DNA of 47,488 bases from Pseudoflavonifractor sp. (lineage in GTDB: Bacteria > Bacillota > Clostridia > Oscillospirales > Oscillospiraceae): contig DATMXU010000211.1 of assembly GCA_035562355.1 (NCBI GenBank), positions 1 through 47,488 on the forward strand. Reading direction: 5' to 3'. Shown piece by piece: positions 11,030 through 20,764 of the stretch; position 1 is the first letter of the stretch; each line of letters starts with the position of its first letter. A model generated the notes under the pieces. It worked only from the letters and a program-made list of their open reading frames with translations, had not been told where the DNA came from and searched no databases. A program made the position numbers and the translations under genes.

Positions 11030-12063
11030 TATTCTTCCTCCTCTTGGGAAATCGCGTTTATAAAGAGCCGGGACAGGTTGAGCATATGATCAAAGTCGCG
11101 GACGGCGGCCACGCTGGATGGGGCGTGGAGATAGCGCACCGCGGCCGACATGACCACAGTACGGACCCCCTCCCTGCTGCGCTGGATGACAGAGGCGTCG
11201 TTGCCGCCGGCGATGAAGTGCTTGGTCTGCCAGGGGATGCCGTTTTTCTCAGCCAGGTCCCGCAGCAGCTCGAAGAGGCCCCGGTCGGCCACCGAGCCGC
11301 CGTCCATAAAGGGCACCACGGGCCCTTTGCCGGGGGCACAGACCTGCCTGTGGCCCTCCATCCCCGCTAGGTCGGCGGCGGTGGTGGTCTCTAAAATCAG
11401 AGCGACCTTAGGGGCCACCGAGAAAGCCGCGCCGTGGGCGCCCCGGCAGCCCACCTCCTCCTGGACGGTGAAGGCGAAGGTGCAGTCCATGGGCAACTCC
11501 TCCTTGAGGAGCTCCAGCATGACGGCGCAGCCGATCCGGTCATCCAGGGCCTTGGCCTTGACGAGACCGTCTCCAAAGGAAACGCAGTCGCTCTCAAAGG
11601 CGGCGAAGTCGCCTATGAAGGTCTGCTTTTCGGCGCTCTCCTTGTCCTTGGCCCCGATGTCGATATAGTACTCGTCCAGCTTGGGGAGCTTTTCCCGCTC
11701 CTCCGCCGTGGTCAGGTGAATGGCCTTCAGCCCGATGACGCCGGGCACTCTGTCCTTGCCCACCAGCACCTTCTTGCCCAGGAGAACCCGGCGGTCGATG
11801 CCGCCCACGCAGTCGAACTTCAGGTAACCGTCGTCGGTCACCCGCTTGATCATAAGCCCGACCTCATCCATATGGGCGGCCAGGAGGAGCTTATTGCCGG
11901 TGGCCCTTCTCCCCTTCTTGAAGACGATGAGGGTACCCATGGCGTCCACCCGCATCCCATCGGCATAGGGTGCGGCCTTCTCCTTGAGGTAGGCGCGCAC
12001 CTCGTCTTCGTAGCTGGAGACTCCGTTGAGGAGGCAGAACTCCTGAATGGTTTCCATCAGCAT
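11029..12063 (-). CDS. M42 family metallopeptidase
   Basis: HMDE, DDR, QEE, YLH motifs. Confidence 0.92.
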   Translation of the reverse strand: MLMETIQEFCLLNGVSSYEDEVRAYLKEKAAPYADGMRVDAMGTLIVFKKGRRATGNKLLLAAHMDEVGLMIKRVTDDGYLKFDCVGGIDRRVLLGKKVLVGKDRVPGVIGLKAIHLTTAEEREKLPKLDEYYIDIGAKDKESAEKQTFIGDFAAFESDCVSFGDGLVKAKALDDRIGCAVMLELLKEELPMDCTFAFTVQEEVGCRGAHGAAFSVAPKVALILETTTAADLAGMEGHRQVCAPGKGPVVPFMDGGSVADRGLFELLRDLAEKNGIPWQTKHFIAGGNDASVIQRSREGVRTVVMSAAVRYLHAPSSVAAVRDFDHMLNLSRLFINAISQEEEE

Positions 12064-13106
12064 ATCTCAACCGCCTCCTCTCCCAGGTTTTCGGTAAAAG
12101 CGGCCAGCAGCCTGGCCACCGCCTCCATGTCCTCCAGTGCCAGCACCTCGATGGGGGTGTGCATGTATTTGAGGGGCAGCGACAGCACAGAGGTGGCGAC
12201 CCCCTCCCTGCTGATCTGCATGCCCCAGCCATTGGTGCCGGAGCTGCCGGACATGACCTCGAATTGATAGGGGATCTCGTTGGCCTTGGCCTTGGCGGCC
12301 ATGCGCTCGGTCATCCAGCGGGTCATGTTGGGCCCCACGCCGATGGCCGGGCCGCCCAGCAGCTCCAGGGTGCGGTCCTTGGGATTCGGGGCGTCCGGGG
12401 TCTTTCCGTGGGTCACGTCCACCGCCACGCACCAGTCGGGGGCGACGGCAAAGGTGCCGACCTTGGCTCCGGAGCCCCCCACCTCCTCACGGGTGCTGCC
12501 CATGAGGTACAGGTCTACGTCCAGGGGCCTGTCCTTCAGGAGCTCGGCCGAGCGCAGAAGGGTGACGAAACAGGCCCGGTCGTCCATGGCCTTGCCGCAC
12601 ATAAAGCCCTCGCCCAGGGAGAAACAGCCGCCCCGGTAGACCATGGGGGTGCCGATGGGTACGGCCTTGACGGCCTCCTCCTGGCTCATGCCGATGTCCA
12701 CAAAGAGGTCCTTGATGGCCACCGATTTGTCCGAGTCCCCCGGTTTCTGCACATGGGGGGCAAGGCATGACACCACGCCAAAGAGGGGCGGATCGGTGAG
12801 TACCGTCAGCTCCCGGTCGGGCAGCATGCGCGGGTCTACCCCGCCGATGGCCCGGAAACGGAGAAAGCCGTCCTCAATGCCGATGACAATGAGGCCGATC
12901 TCGTCCAGGTGGGCGTCCAGCAGAAGGCGTTTGGCGTTCGGCCTCCCGCAGCGGCGCACGCCGATGACGTTGCCCAGCCGGTCGATCTCTACCTCGTCCA
13001 CCAGAGGGCGCAGCAGCTCGGCGGCGGCGGCCGCCGCGGGGCGTTCAAACCCGGAGGGGGCGCCCAGCGCGCACAGCCGCTCCAGAGCACTTTTGAGTTC
13101 CAGCAT
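12057..13106 (-). CDS. M42 family metallopeptidase
   Basis: HLDE, DDR, REE, AVD, YMH motifs. Confidence 0.92.
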   Translation of the reverse strand: MLELKSALERLCALGAPSGFERPAAAAAAELLRPLVDEVEIDRLGNVIGVRRCGRPNAKRLLLDAHLDEIGLIVIGIEDGFLRFRAIGGVDPRMLPDRELTVLTDPPLFGVVSCLAPHVQKPGDSDKSVAIKDLFVDIGMSQEEAVKAVPIGTPMVYRGGCFSLGEGFMCGKAMDDRACFVTLLRSAELLKDRPLDVDLYLMGSTREEVGGSGAKVGTFAVAPDWCVAVDVTHGKTPDAPNPKDRTLELLGGPAIGVGPNMTRWMTERMAAKAKANEIPYQFEVMSGSSGTNGWGMQISREGVATSVLSLPLKYMHTPIEVLALEDMEAVARLLAAFTENLGEEAVEIC

Positions 13107-13123
13107 AGTTTCACATCCCAATT

Positions 13124-14515
13124 CTATTCCATATCTCGTACGATCTCTTTGAAACGGTTGCCCCGCTCCGCAAAATTTTTAAATTTGTCAAAGGAGGCGC
13201 AGGCCGGTGAGAGGAGCACCACATCCCCCGGCTGAGCCGCCCCGGCGGCCACCATGACCGCCCGGTGGAAGTCGTCGTACTCCGCAATGGGGGGCGTGTC
13301 CTCTGCATAGCCGGGGGCGTTTTCCACCGCCGCGCGGATCTTGGGGGCGGTATCGCCTGTCAGGACAAGTACCTTTACATGCTTGACGATCTCAGGGCCC
13401 AGCTCGTCAAAGGGGATGTGCTTATCGTATCCCCCGGCGATGAGGATGACCTTCTCCTGAAACGCCCTCAGCCCCGCGATGGTACGGGAGGGACTGGAGG
13501 CGATGGAGTCGTTATAGTAGCGCACGCCGTTGAAGGTGCGCACCAGCTCGATGCGGTGCTCCACACCGGCGAAACTGCGGGCGAAGACCCGGATGGTCTC
13601 GTCGGAGACCAGCCCATCCACGGCCGCGATGGCGGCCATATAATTTTCGATGTTATGCTCTCCGGGGAGCAAAATATCCCCCAGCGGCAAAACCGACCGG
13701 CTGCCCTCCTCGTCGGAGCACCAGATGGCCCCGTCCTTCACGTAGACCCCCTTGTCCAGCACCGTCTTCCTGCTGAACAGAGTGACCCGGCTCCTGGTCT
13801 CCCGGGAAAAGTTTCTGGTGATATCGTTATCATAGTTGAAGACGGCCAGATCCTCGCTCTCCTGGTGGAGGAAGATATTCTTCTTGGCGCGTACATACTC
13901 CTCCATGGACTTGTGCATGTCCAGGTGGTTGGGGGCCAGATTGGTGACGACGGCGACGTCTGGGCTCAGATTCATGGTCATGAGCTGGAAGGAGGACAGC
14001 TCCAGCACCACCATATCGTCGGGCTCCATATTGATCACCTCGGCCAGCAGGGGCTTTCCGATGTTGCCGCCGAGGTAGACGTTGAGCCCCGCCTTTTTCA
14101 GGAGCTCTGCGATGATGGTAGTGGTGGTGGTCTTCCCGTCGCTGCCGGTGACGGCGATGATCTCACAGGGGCAGACCTGGAAAAAGACCTCCATCTCCGA
14201 AGTGACGGTGCTTCCCCGCTCTCTGGCGGCCTCTAATTGGGGCATGTCGGGCCGCAGGCCGGGCGTGCGGAAGATCACGTCACAGCCCTCCAGGTGGTCT
14301 AAGTAGTCCTCACCCAGAAAAATCTCAGCGCCCAGGCTCTCCAGCGCCTCGATGACGCCTCCAAAGCTCTCGCGGGAGCTCTTGTCACAGGCAACAACGC
14401 AGAGATTTGCCCGGAGCAGCAGCTTGATAAGCGGCGTGTTGGAGACGCCGATGCCGATGACGGCAACGCGCTTGCCCCGCAGGCTCTCTAAATATTCCTG
14501 TATCGTAGAATGCAA
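13124..14515 (-). CDS. murD: UDP-N-acetylmuramoyl-L-alanine--D-glutamate ligase
   Basis: TGSDGKTTT, LELSSFQL, NHLD, LSPACASFD motifs. Confidence 0.96.
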   Translation of the reverse strand: MHSTIQEYLESLRGKRVAVIGIGVSNTPLIKLLLRANLCVVACDKSSRESFGGVIEALESLGAEIFLGEDYLDHLEGCDVIFRTPGLRPDMPQLEAARERGSTVTSEMEVFFQVCPCEIIAVTGSDGKTTTTTIIAELLKKAGLNVYLGGNIGKPLLAEVINMEPDDMVVLELSSFQLMTMNLSPDVAVVTNLAPNHLDMHKSMEEYVRAKKNIFLHQESEDLAVFNYDNDITRNFSRETRSRVTLFSRKTVLDKGVYVKDGAIWCSDEEGSRSVLPLGDILLPGEHNIENYMAAIAAVDGLVSDETIRVFARSFAGVEHRIELVRTFNGVRYYNDSIASSPSRTIAGLRAFQEKVILIAGGYDKHIPFDELGPEIVKHVKVLVLTGDTAPKIRAAVENAPGYAEDTPPIAEYDDFHRAVMVAAGAAQPGDVVLLSPACASFDKFKNFAERGNRFKEIVRDME

Positions 14516-14547
14516 GGTGGATCCCTCCCCTAGTCAGCTAATATAGT

Positions 14548-14576
14548 ATTATATAACGCAAAGGGATAAATTTCAA
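14548..14576 (-). promoter_or_regulatory. sigma-A promoter of murD operon
   Basis: TTGAAA-N17-TATAAT. Confidence 0.65.
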
Positions 14577-14626
14577 TTGGAACGGACTCAAATCTTGGCG
14601 TTCTTCCAGGGAAAAAATAACTCCAT

Positions 14627-14655
14627 TTGACAAGGCGCCTCCCATCGGTTAAAAT
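14627..14655 (+). promoter_or_regulatory. sigma-A promoter of rnpB
   Basis: TTGACA-N17-TAAAAT just before the RNA 5' end. Confidence 0.8.
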
Positions 14656-14662
14656 GGTCTTC

Positions 14663-15023
14663 ACAAGTAGGCTGGACAGCCGCGCGCGTGGGCCCAACGG
14701 CCCACTCGTGAGGAAAGTCCGGGCTCCACAGGGCAAGGATAACGGGTAACACCCGCCGGGGGCGACCCTAGGACAAGTGCAACAGAGATAAACCGCCTGA
14801 CCCGCCCTTCGGCGGGCCGGGTAAGGGTGGAAAGGCGGAGATAAGCGCCCGCCCGATGACGTGTAAAAGCGCTCATCGCTGTAAACTCTATCCGGAGCAA
14901 CGCCGTGGGAGAGCAAATGACCGGCCCGGTCGCTCTCAGGAGGCGGCTGGAGCGTGTCGGCAACGGCACGTCGAGATAGATGGCTGTCTTAAATGACAGA
15001 ACCCGGCTTACAGGCCTGCTTGT
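14663..15023 (+). ncRNA. rnpB: RNase P RNA (class A)
   Basis: GAGGAAAGTCCGGGCTC, AGTGCAACAG, ACAGAACCCGGCTTA conserved blocks; P1 pairing ACAAGTAGGC/GCCTGCTTGT. Confidence 0.97.
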
Positions 15024-15060
15024 AAAAAAGCACCGAACCATTTGGGTTCGGTGCTTTTTT
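15024..15060. terminator. Bidirectional intrinsic terminator
   Basis: AAAAAAGCACCGAACC...GGTTCGGTGCTTTTTT between convergent rnpB and CPBP gene. Confidence 0.9.
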
Positions 15061-15065
15061 ATCCC

Positions 15066-15992
15066 TCAGGTGATGGGGCGGACGGAGAGGACCAAATTGA
15101 AGACGCAGTACAAGAGCCAGAGTAAGATCAGCGGATTGAAAAGGAATCGAATCTTGGAGTGCTCCGGCGGGGCCTCCTCGCGGGGGCGCAGATAGGCCAG
15201 AACGCTGGCCCTGTGCTTGACAAGAAGGAATACCCCAACCGCGCCGAGTGCGCTGTAGGCCAGGGGCGTCAGAAAGGCAAAGTTGGTTCTCGTCAGCCCG
15301 CCGAGTGCCTGAGGAATAATAGGGAGCGCATTGTTGAGCGCATGGAGAGAATAAGCGGTTTTGATGTTCCCGGTTCTCAAGGTAATATATCCATAGGCCA
15401 AGCCCAGCAAAAGGGGAACAAACATCTGTGAAAAATTACCGTGACCAATGGAAAAGAAGACGGCGGAAACCAGGACCGCGAAGAAATCCCCATAGGGTTT
15501 CAGCGCGGAGAGCAGCAGTCCGCGGCAAAGGAACTCCTCATAGAGCGGACCAATCAGGATCACACAGAGATACCACCCGGTGATCACGAAGGGGCTGCCG
15601 GAATTTCCGAGGATTTCAAAAACCTCATTGGTAGACTGCTGGCCAAGAGCCTGAAACAGGGCAAGCAGTGCGCTCGCCAGAGCGAACCCCACCGCCGTGA
15701 GAAAAAAACTGACGGGCATATAACGTCCCATGTTTTTCCAGTCGGCTTTGCCGTCAGACCATACAGTGCGCAGAGGGATGCCCAGAAACCTGCCCATCAG
15801 CGGCAGGATCAGGGCAAAATTGAGCGCATAGGTAAGCAGTATGTTCCAGAGGTTACGCTCCGGGAACGTAATACGGCTCCCAACAAAGAAATTGAGGAAC
15901 AGGTATGGAGGGATCGACGAGAGCGCTGTCAAAAGCAAGAGCAGTCCCACGCGCGTCGCTGGGGATTTTCTGCCGGATTTTGTTTCTATCAT
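15066..15992 (-). CDS. CPBP/Abi (CAAX type II) intramembrane metalloprotease
   Basis: EEFLCRG, FSIGH, HALNN motifs; multiple TM helices. Confidence 0.9.
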   Translation of the reverse strand: MIETKSGRKSPATRVGLLLLLTALSSIPPYLFLNFFVGSRITFPERNLWNILLTYALNFALILPLMGRFLGIPLRTVWSDGKADWKNMGRYMPVSFFLTAVGFALASALLALFQALGQQSTNEVFEILGNSGSPFVITGWYLCVILIGPLYEEFLCRGLLLSALKPYGDFFAVLVSAVFFSIGHGNFSQMFVPLLLGLAYGYITLRTGNIKTAYSLHALNNALPIIPQALGGLTRTNFAFLTPLAYSALGAVGVFLLVKHRASVLAYLRPREEAPPEHSKIRFLFNPLILLWLLYCVFNLVLSVRPIT

Positions 15993-16045
15993 GAGCTTAC
16001 CCCCTTGGGGTACAGTATAACACATCTTCCAGAATTTTCAATGCG

Positions 16046-16082
16046 AAACAGCGGGCAGCCAAAGGCCGCCCGCTGTTTTTTT
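16046..16082. terminator. Intrinsic terminator after tyrS
   Basis: AAACAGCGGGC...GCCCGCTGTTT inverted repeat. Confidence 0.75.
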
Positions 16083-16089
16083 GCCTCTA

Positions 16090-17316
16090 TTACTCCAGAA
16101 TGGCCCGGTGGAAGACCTTTTTGCCCTTTTTGATCATGGCGCCCTCGCCGCCGAAGTCGGCGGCGGTGAGGCTGTGGGTGATCTCGCTGATCTTCTGCCC
16201 GTTGACCTCCACCCCTCCCTGCTGGACCAGGCGGCGGGCCTCGCCCCTGGAGGGGGCCAGGCCGCACCTGACCATCAGCTCCAGCAGGCCGATGGCGCCA
16301 TCGGTCAGGTCGGCGGCGGTGATGGTGGTCATGGGCATGTTGGCGAGGTCGCCCCCCTTGGAGAAGAGGGCCTTGGCCGCGTCCAGGGCCTTTTGCGCCT
16401 CGGCCTCGTCGTGGACCAGCTTGGTGAGCTCAAAGGCCAGCAGCTCCTTGGCGGCGTTGAGCTGGCTTCCCTCCCATGCCGCCATGGCGTCGATCTCCTC
16501 CAGGGGCACGTCGGTGAGCATCCGCAGGCACTTGATGACGTCGGCGTCGTCGATGTTGCGCCAGTACTGGAAGAAGTCGTAGGGGCTGGTCTTGTCGGGA
16601 TCCAGCCACACGGCGCCCGACTGGGTCTTGCCCATCTTCTTCCCCTCGGAGGTGAGGAGCAGCGTGATGGTCATACCGTAGGCATCCTTACCCAGCTTGC
16701 GGCGGATGAGCTCGGTGCCGCCCAGGATGTTGCTCCACTGGTCGTCGCCGCCGCACTGGAGGTTGCAGCCGTTGTGCTGGAACATGTGGTAGAAGTCGTA
16801 GCTCTGCATGATCATATAGTTGAACTCAAGGAAGGAGAGCCCCTTCTCCATGCGCTGCTTGTAGCACTCGGCCCGGAGCATATTGTTTACCGAGAAACAG
16901 GAGCCCACCTCCCGCAGGAGTTCCACGTAGTTGAGTTTCAAGAGCCAGTCGGCGTTGTTGAGCATGATGGCCTTGCCGGGGCCGAAGTCGATGAACTTGC
17001 TCATCTGCTGCCGGAAGACCTCGCAGTTGTGCTCGATGGTCTCCACTGTCATCACCTGGCGCATGTCGCTGCGGCCCGAGGGGTCGCCCACCATGCCGGT
17101 GCCGCCGCCAATGAGGGCAATGGGACGGTTGCCCACCCGCTGCATCCGGCGCATCAGATTCAGTGCCATGAAGTGGCCTACATGGAGAGAATCGGCCGTG
17201 GGGTCAAAGCCAATGTAGAAGGTGGCTTTACCGTTATTGATAAGCTCTTTAATCTCCTCCTCGTCGGTCAGCTGGGCGATCAGCCCGCGGGCCTTCAGTT
17301 CCTCAAATAAAGTCAT
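16090..17316 (-). CDS. tyrS: Tyrosine--tRNA ligase
   Basis: GFDPTADSLHVGH, KMGKT, C-terminal S4 domain. Confidence 0.98.
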   Translation of the reverse strand: MTLFEELKARGLIAQLTDEEEIKELINNGKATFYIGFDPTADSLHVGHFMALNLMRRMQRVGNRPIALIGGGTGMVGDPSGRSDMRQVMTVETIEHNCEVFRQQMSKFIDFGPGKAIMLNNADWLLKLNYVELLREVGSCFSVNNMLRAECYKQRMEKGLSFLEFNYMIMQSYDFYHMFQHNGCNLQCGGDDQWSNILGGTELIRRKLGKDAYGMTITLLLTSEGKKMGKTQSGAVWLDPDKTSPYDFFQYWRNIDDADVIKCLRMLTDVPLEEIDAMAAWEGSQLNAAKELLAFELTKLVHDEAEAQKALDAAKALFSKGGDLANMPMTTITAADLTDGAIGLLELMVRCGLAPSRGEARRLVQQGGVEVNGQKISEITHSLTAADFGGEGAMIKKGKKVFHRAILE

Positions 17317-17810
17317 AATGTGCTCTCCTCTTCTTCATGAAATCTGTCTGTCATGGAGCAATACTGCGGCTGAAAGCCAATGCTCCGGTAAAAATCAAAG
17401 GCACCGTCCGGCATCAGCCATACTTGAAACTCGATGAGGCGCACGCCGTGCCGCCGCGCCTGTGCCCGTACCGCGTCGACCAGCGCCTTGCCAACGCCGC
17501 GCCGCCGATATTCCTCAGGCACATAGAGTGCCTCCAGGTAGATCAGGTCCCGGTCGTGCCATCTGGGGTCCTGCGAGGGCTTGCTCCGCCGCACCGCCAG
17601 ACAGACGCCCTCAAGGACGCCGCCCTCCCCCTCTGCCGCGGCTGAACAGACGTCCTCCCCCTCCACATAGGAGCGAAACTCCTCTATCGGGAGTGCCTCC
17701 TCCGTGGCGCGGAAGAGGTCGGGGCGGTGCGTGACGTGGAGCGTATGGAGCTTTTGGAGCATAGGGAGGACCTGGCCGTAGTCAGTCTCCCTCAGCGGTC
17801 TGATGTTCAC
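17313..17810 (-). CDS. GNAT family N-acetyltransferase
   Basis: LYVPEEYRRRGVGKAL motif A; FYRSIGF. Confidence 0.88.
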   Translation of the reverse strand: MNIRPLRETDYGQVLPMLQKLHTLHVTHRPDLFRATEEALPIEEFRSYVEGEDVCSAAAEGEGGVLEGVCLAVRRSKPSQDPRWHDRDLIYLEALYVPEEYRRRGVGKALVDAVRAQARRHGVRLIEFQVWLMPDGAFDFYRSIGFQPQYCSMTDRFHEEEESTL

Positions 17811-18270
17811 GCCGCACCTCCCTCCAAGCTATCTCAACCGCCCAGGCCTGATAGCGCAAAAACATCTTTTCGGCGCAGGTCTCCGGGTCTTCCCATACGA
17901 GGACGTGGTCCGCCTCGATGGGTTCTTGGAGCTTTTCATCCAAAACCGTGCGATAGCAGTGGCCGGTCACGTGAAGATAGCAGCGGTCGGCGGTGACGCG
18001 GGGCGAGAGGTATTCGTCCCCGGTGCAGAGGTACTCCCCCACCCGGGCGGAGAGGCCGGTCTCCTCCAGACACTCCCGGCGGACGCAATCCTCCCGGCTC
18101 TCCTCAGGCTCAATGCCGCCGCCGGGGAGAAAGAGCCGGCGCTCCTTGGTGCGAGCTGCCGGAGCCTCCACCAAAGCCACCCGGCCCAGGCCGTCAAAGG
18201 CCACCGCGTAGGCCCCCTTCCTATGGCGGTATTCTTTACCGCTCTCTCTTGTTCCAAACGTGCGCCGCAT
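17782..18270 (-). CDS. NUDIX hydrolase
   Basis: Nudix box GGGIEPEESREDCVRRECLEETGL; start ATG placed just downstream of the T-box terminator. Confidence 0.88.
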   Translation of the reverse strand: MRRTFGTRESGKEYRHRKGAYAVAFDGLGRVALVEAPAARTKERRLFLPGGGIEPEESREDCVRRECLEETGLSARVGEYLCTGDEYLSPRVTADRCYLHVTGHCYRTVLDEKLQEPIEADHVLVWEDPETCAEKMFLRYQAWAVEIAWREVRREHQTAEGD

Positions 18271-18271
18271 A

Positions 18272-18530
18272 TAAAAACGCCCCCTGTCCCTATGGACAGA
18301 GGGCGTAAAAAACGCGGTACCACCTCTGGTTCGCCCTCTCCTCGCGGAAAAGAGCCTCGTCGAGTGCCAACACACTCCCACGCGCTAACGGGCGTACCCG
18401 GCCTGCCCTACTGCTCCTTCAGGCGGCTGCTCCGAGGGGTATTCACAAGTCGGTCCCGTCCCCCTTCCACTCAAGCAGGGGCTCTCTGTGCGCGGACGCT
18501 GTCTTGCTACTCTTCCTCGTCATCACAATT
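18272..18530 (-). promoter_or_regulatory. T-box riboswitch, Tyr specificity
   Basis: AGTA and AGAGA motifs, GAA-TAC specifier (18439-18441), T-box AGAGGTGGTACCGCG, terminator hairpin 18273-18306; tyrS downstream. Confidence 0.92.
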
Positions 18531-18544
18531 TCATTATGGCAATT

Positions 18545-18573
18545 ATTATAAAGGTTTCGCCACCGTTTGTCAA
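18545..18573 (-). promoter_or_regulatory. sigma-A promoter of the T-box leader
   Basis: Perfect TTGACA-N17-TATAAT overlapping the recN stop. Confidence 0.85.
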
Positions 18574-20270
18574 CAGGGGTTTTTGGCGCTCTTGTACCGT
18601 CCGGCGGCGTCCAGCAGCTCTCCGGCCCCCTCCAGCATGGCGCTGGTGATGTGCGCGCCGCCGGTGAGCCGGGCAAGCTCCTCCTTGCGGCGGTCCCAGG
18701 AGAGGGTCTCCACATGGGTAAAGGTCCTCCCCTTGCTCTCTCCCTTTTCCACGGAGAAATGTACGTCGGCCATAGCGGCGATCTGGGGCAGGTGGGTGAC
18801 GCAGAGGACTTGCTTGTGGGTCGCCACGTCGGCCATCTTCTCAGCCACCTTCTGGGCCGCCCGGCCCGAGACGCCGGTGTCCACCTCGTCGAAGACCAAG
18901 GTGGTCACGTCGTCATTCTCGGCCAGTACGTTTTTGAGGGCCAGCATGATACGGGCCAGCTCGCCGCCGGAGGCGATCTTCTGAATGGGTTTCAGGGCCT
19001 CGCCCACGTTGGCCGACATGAGGAACTGCACCTCGTCCATGCCGGTGCCGTCCAGCCCCAGCTCTCCGGCCTTGGGGCCAAACTCCGCCCTGAATTGTAC
19101 CTTCGGCATATCGAGCTGGGCAAGCTCGGCCTGGATGCGTTTCTCCAGGGCCTCCGCGGCCTTGTGCCGGGCAGCGGAAAGGGACTTTGCCTTCGCCCCC
19201 GCCCGCTCCAGCGCCGCGGCGTATTTCTTCTCCAGGCGGAGAATCGTGTCGTCGGCGTCCTCAATGCTGCTGAGCTCTGTTTTACAGCGGTCTAAATACT
19301 CCAGCATCTCCTCCACGCTGCTGCCGTACTTTTTTTTGAGGCGGAAGATGGCCTCCAGGCGGTTCTCCAACTCGTCCAGCTCGCCGGGCTCAAAGTCAAA
19401 GCTGCCGCGCAGGTCCCGCAGGAGCTCGGCCGCGTCGTCGGCGGCGCAGCGCAGCTCGGTCAGTTTCTCCAGCAGCTCGGCGGCCTGGGTACTCATGCGC
19501 CCGGCGGGAGTAAGGGAGCGTTCGGCCTCCGCGATGAGGGAGGCGGCCCCTTGGGTATCCTCGTCGCCCGAGAGGGCGGCGTGGGCGCCCTCCACCGCGT
19601 CCATCAGCTTGCCCGCGTTGCGCAGGAGGTTGCGCCGCTCGGTCAGCTCCTCCTCCTCCTCTGCCTTCAGAGCCGCCCGCTCCAGCTCGTTGATCTGAAA
19701 GTTCAAGCTGTCGATGCGGCGCCCCTTCTCGGCCTCGTCCATCCGCAGGGCGGATATCTCGTGCCGGATGGCGGACAGGGCCTCGAAGGAGGCCTGATAG
19801 TCGGACAAAAGGCCCTCCGTGCCGCCGAACCGGTCTAAATACGAGAGGTGGCAGCGCTCGTCCAGAAGCTGCTGGCCGTCGTGCTGGCCGTGGATGTTGA
19901 CCAGCTGGGCACCCAGCGCCTTGAGCTGGGAGACCGTGATGAGCCGCCCGCCCAGGCGGCAGACGTTCTTTCCGTCGGGCTGTATCTCCCGCTGGAGGAT
20001 CAGGTTCCCGTCCCCGTCGGGGCCCATGCCGTTCTCCTCAAACCAGGGCAGCTTGGGCAGAACGCAGAAGACAGCCTCTACCAAGGCGGATTTGGCCCCG
20101 GTGCGGATGAGGTCCCGGCTGGTGCGCTCGCCGATGACGGCCCCGATGGCGTCCACCACGATGGATTTGCCCGCGCCGGTCTCGCCGGTGAGGGCGTTAA
20201 AACCGCCGCCGAACTGGATGTCCGCCGATTCGATCACCGCGATATTTTCTATATGCAGCAGAGATAACAC
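18570..20270 (-). CDS. recN: DNA repair protein RecN
   Basis: TGETGAGKS, IHGQHD, ASGGELAR, FDEVDTG, THLPQIA; GTG start after AGGAGG. Confidence 0.97.
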   Translation of the reverse strand: MLSLLHIENIAVIESADIQFGGGFNALTGETGAGKSIVVDAIGAVIGERTSRDLIRTGAKSALVEAVFCVLPKLPWFEENGMGPDGDGNLILQREIQPDGKNVCRLGGRLITVSQLKALGAQLVNIHGQHDGQQLLDERCHLSYLDRFGGTEGLLSDYQASFEALSAIRHEISALRMDEAEKGRRIDSLNFQINELERAALKAEEEEELTERRNLLRNAGKLMDAVEGAHAALSGDEDTQGAASLIAEAERSLTPAGRMSTQAAELLEKLTELRCAADDAAELLRDLRGSFDFEPGELDELENRLEAIFRLKKKYGSSVEEMLEYLDRCKTELSSIEDADDTILRLEKKYAAALERAGAKAKSLSAARHKAAEALEKRIQAELAQLDMPKVQFRAEFGPKAGELGLDGTGMDEVQFLMSANVGEALKPIQKIASGGELARIMLALKNVLAENDDVTTLVFDEVDTGVSGRAAQKVAEKMADVATHKQVLCVTHLPQIAAMADVHFSVEKGESKGRTFTHVETLSWDRRKEELARLTGGAHITSAMLEGAGELLDAAGRYKSAKNPC

Positions 20271-20307
20271 GGCAAAACTCCTCCTCAGAGCTCCCAAATA
20301 GGCGCGT

Positions 20308-20760
20308 CTACTTCAGCAGCTTGTGGATCTCGGCGCAGAACTCGGCGGCCGATTCGTTGGTGCGCATAATGAGAATGACGGTGTCGTCCCCGGCCAGGGA
20401 GCCCACCATGTCGGGGATATCCATGCCGTCCAGAGCCGCGCCGGCGGCCGCGGCCAAACCGGGCATGGTCTTTACCACCACGATGTTCTGGGCCACGTCA
20501 AAGGAGGTGACTCCCTCGCGGAAGATGGTGAGCAGACGACCGGCGAAGTTGAGAGAGGTCTTCCGCTCGGAGACCACATACTTGTAGGCGCCGTATTTGG
20601 TGAGCTCCTTGATCAGATGAAGCTCCTTGATGTCACGGGAGATGGTGGCCTGGGTAGAGGTGATGCCCCGGGACTTGAGCTGCTCAAGGAGCTGGTCCTG
20701 CGTCTCCACGTCCATCTCCGCAACGATACGCAGTATCTCTTCCTGTCGCCTGTTCTTCAT
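20308..20760 (-). CDS. argR: Arginine repressor
   Basis: TQATISRDIKEL, GSLAGDDT. Confidence 0.96.
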   Translation of the reverse strand: MKNRRQEEILRIVAEMDVETQDQLLEQLKSRGITSTQATISRDIKELHLIKELTKYGAYKYVVSERKTSLNFAGRLLTIFREGVTSFDVAQNIVVVKTMPGLAAAAGAALDGMDIPDMVGSLAGDDTVILIMRTNESAAEFCAEIHKLLK

Positions 20761-20764
20761 TTCC

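Noticed and set aside
14530-15041. Minus-strand ORFs of 128 and 126 aa
   Set aside because: Antisense to RNase P RNA.
18271-18381. N-terminal extension of NUDIX in the ORF track
   Set aside because: Lies within the T-box antiterminator/terminator.
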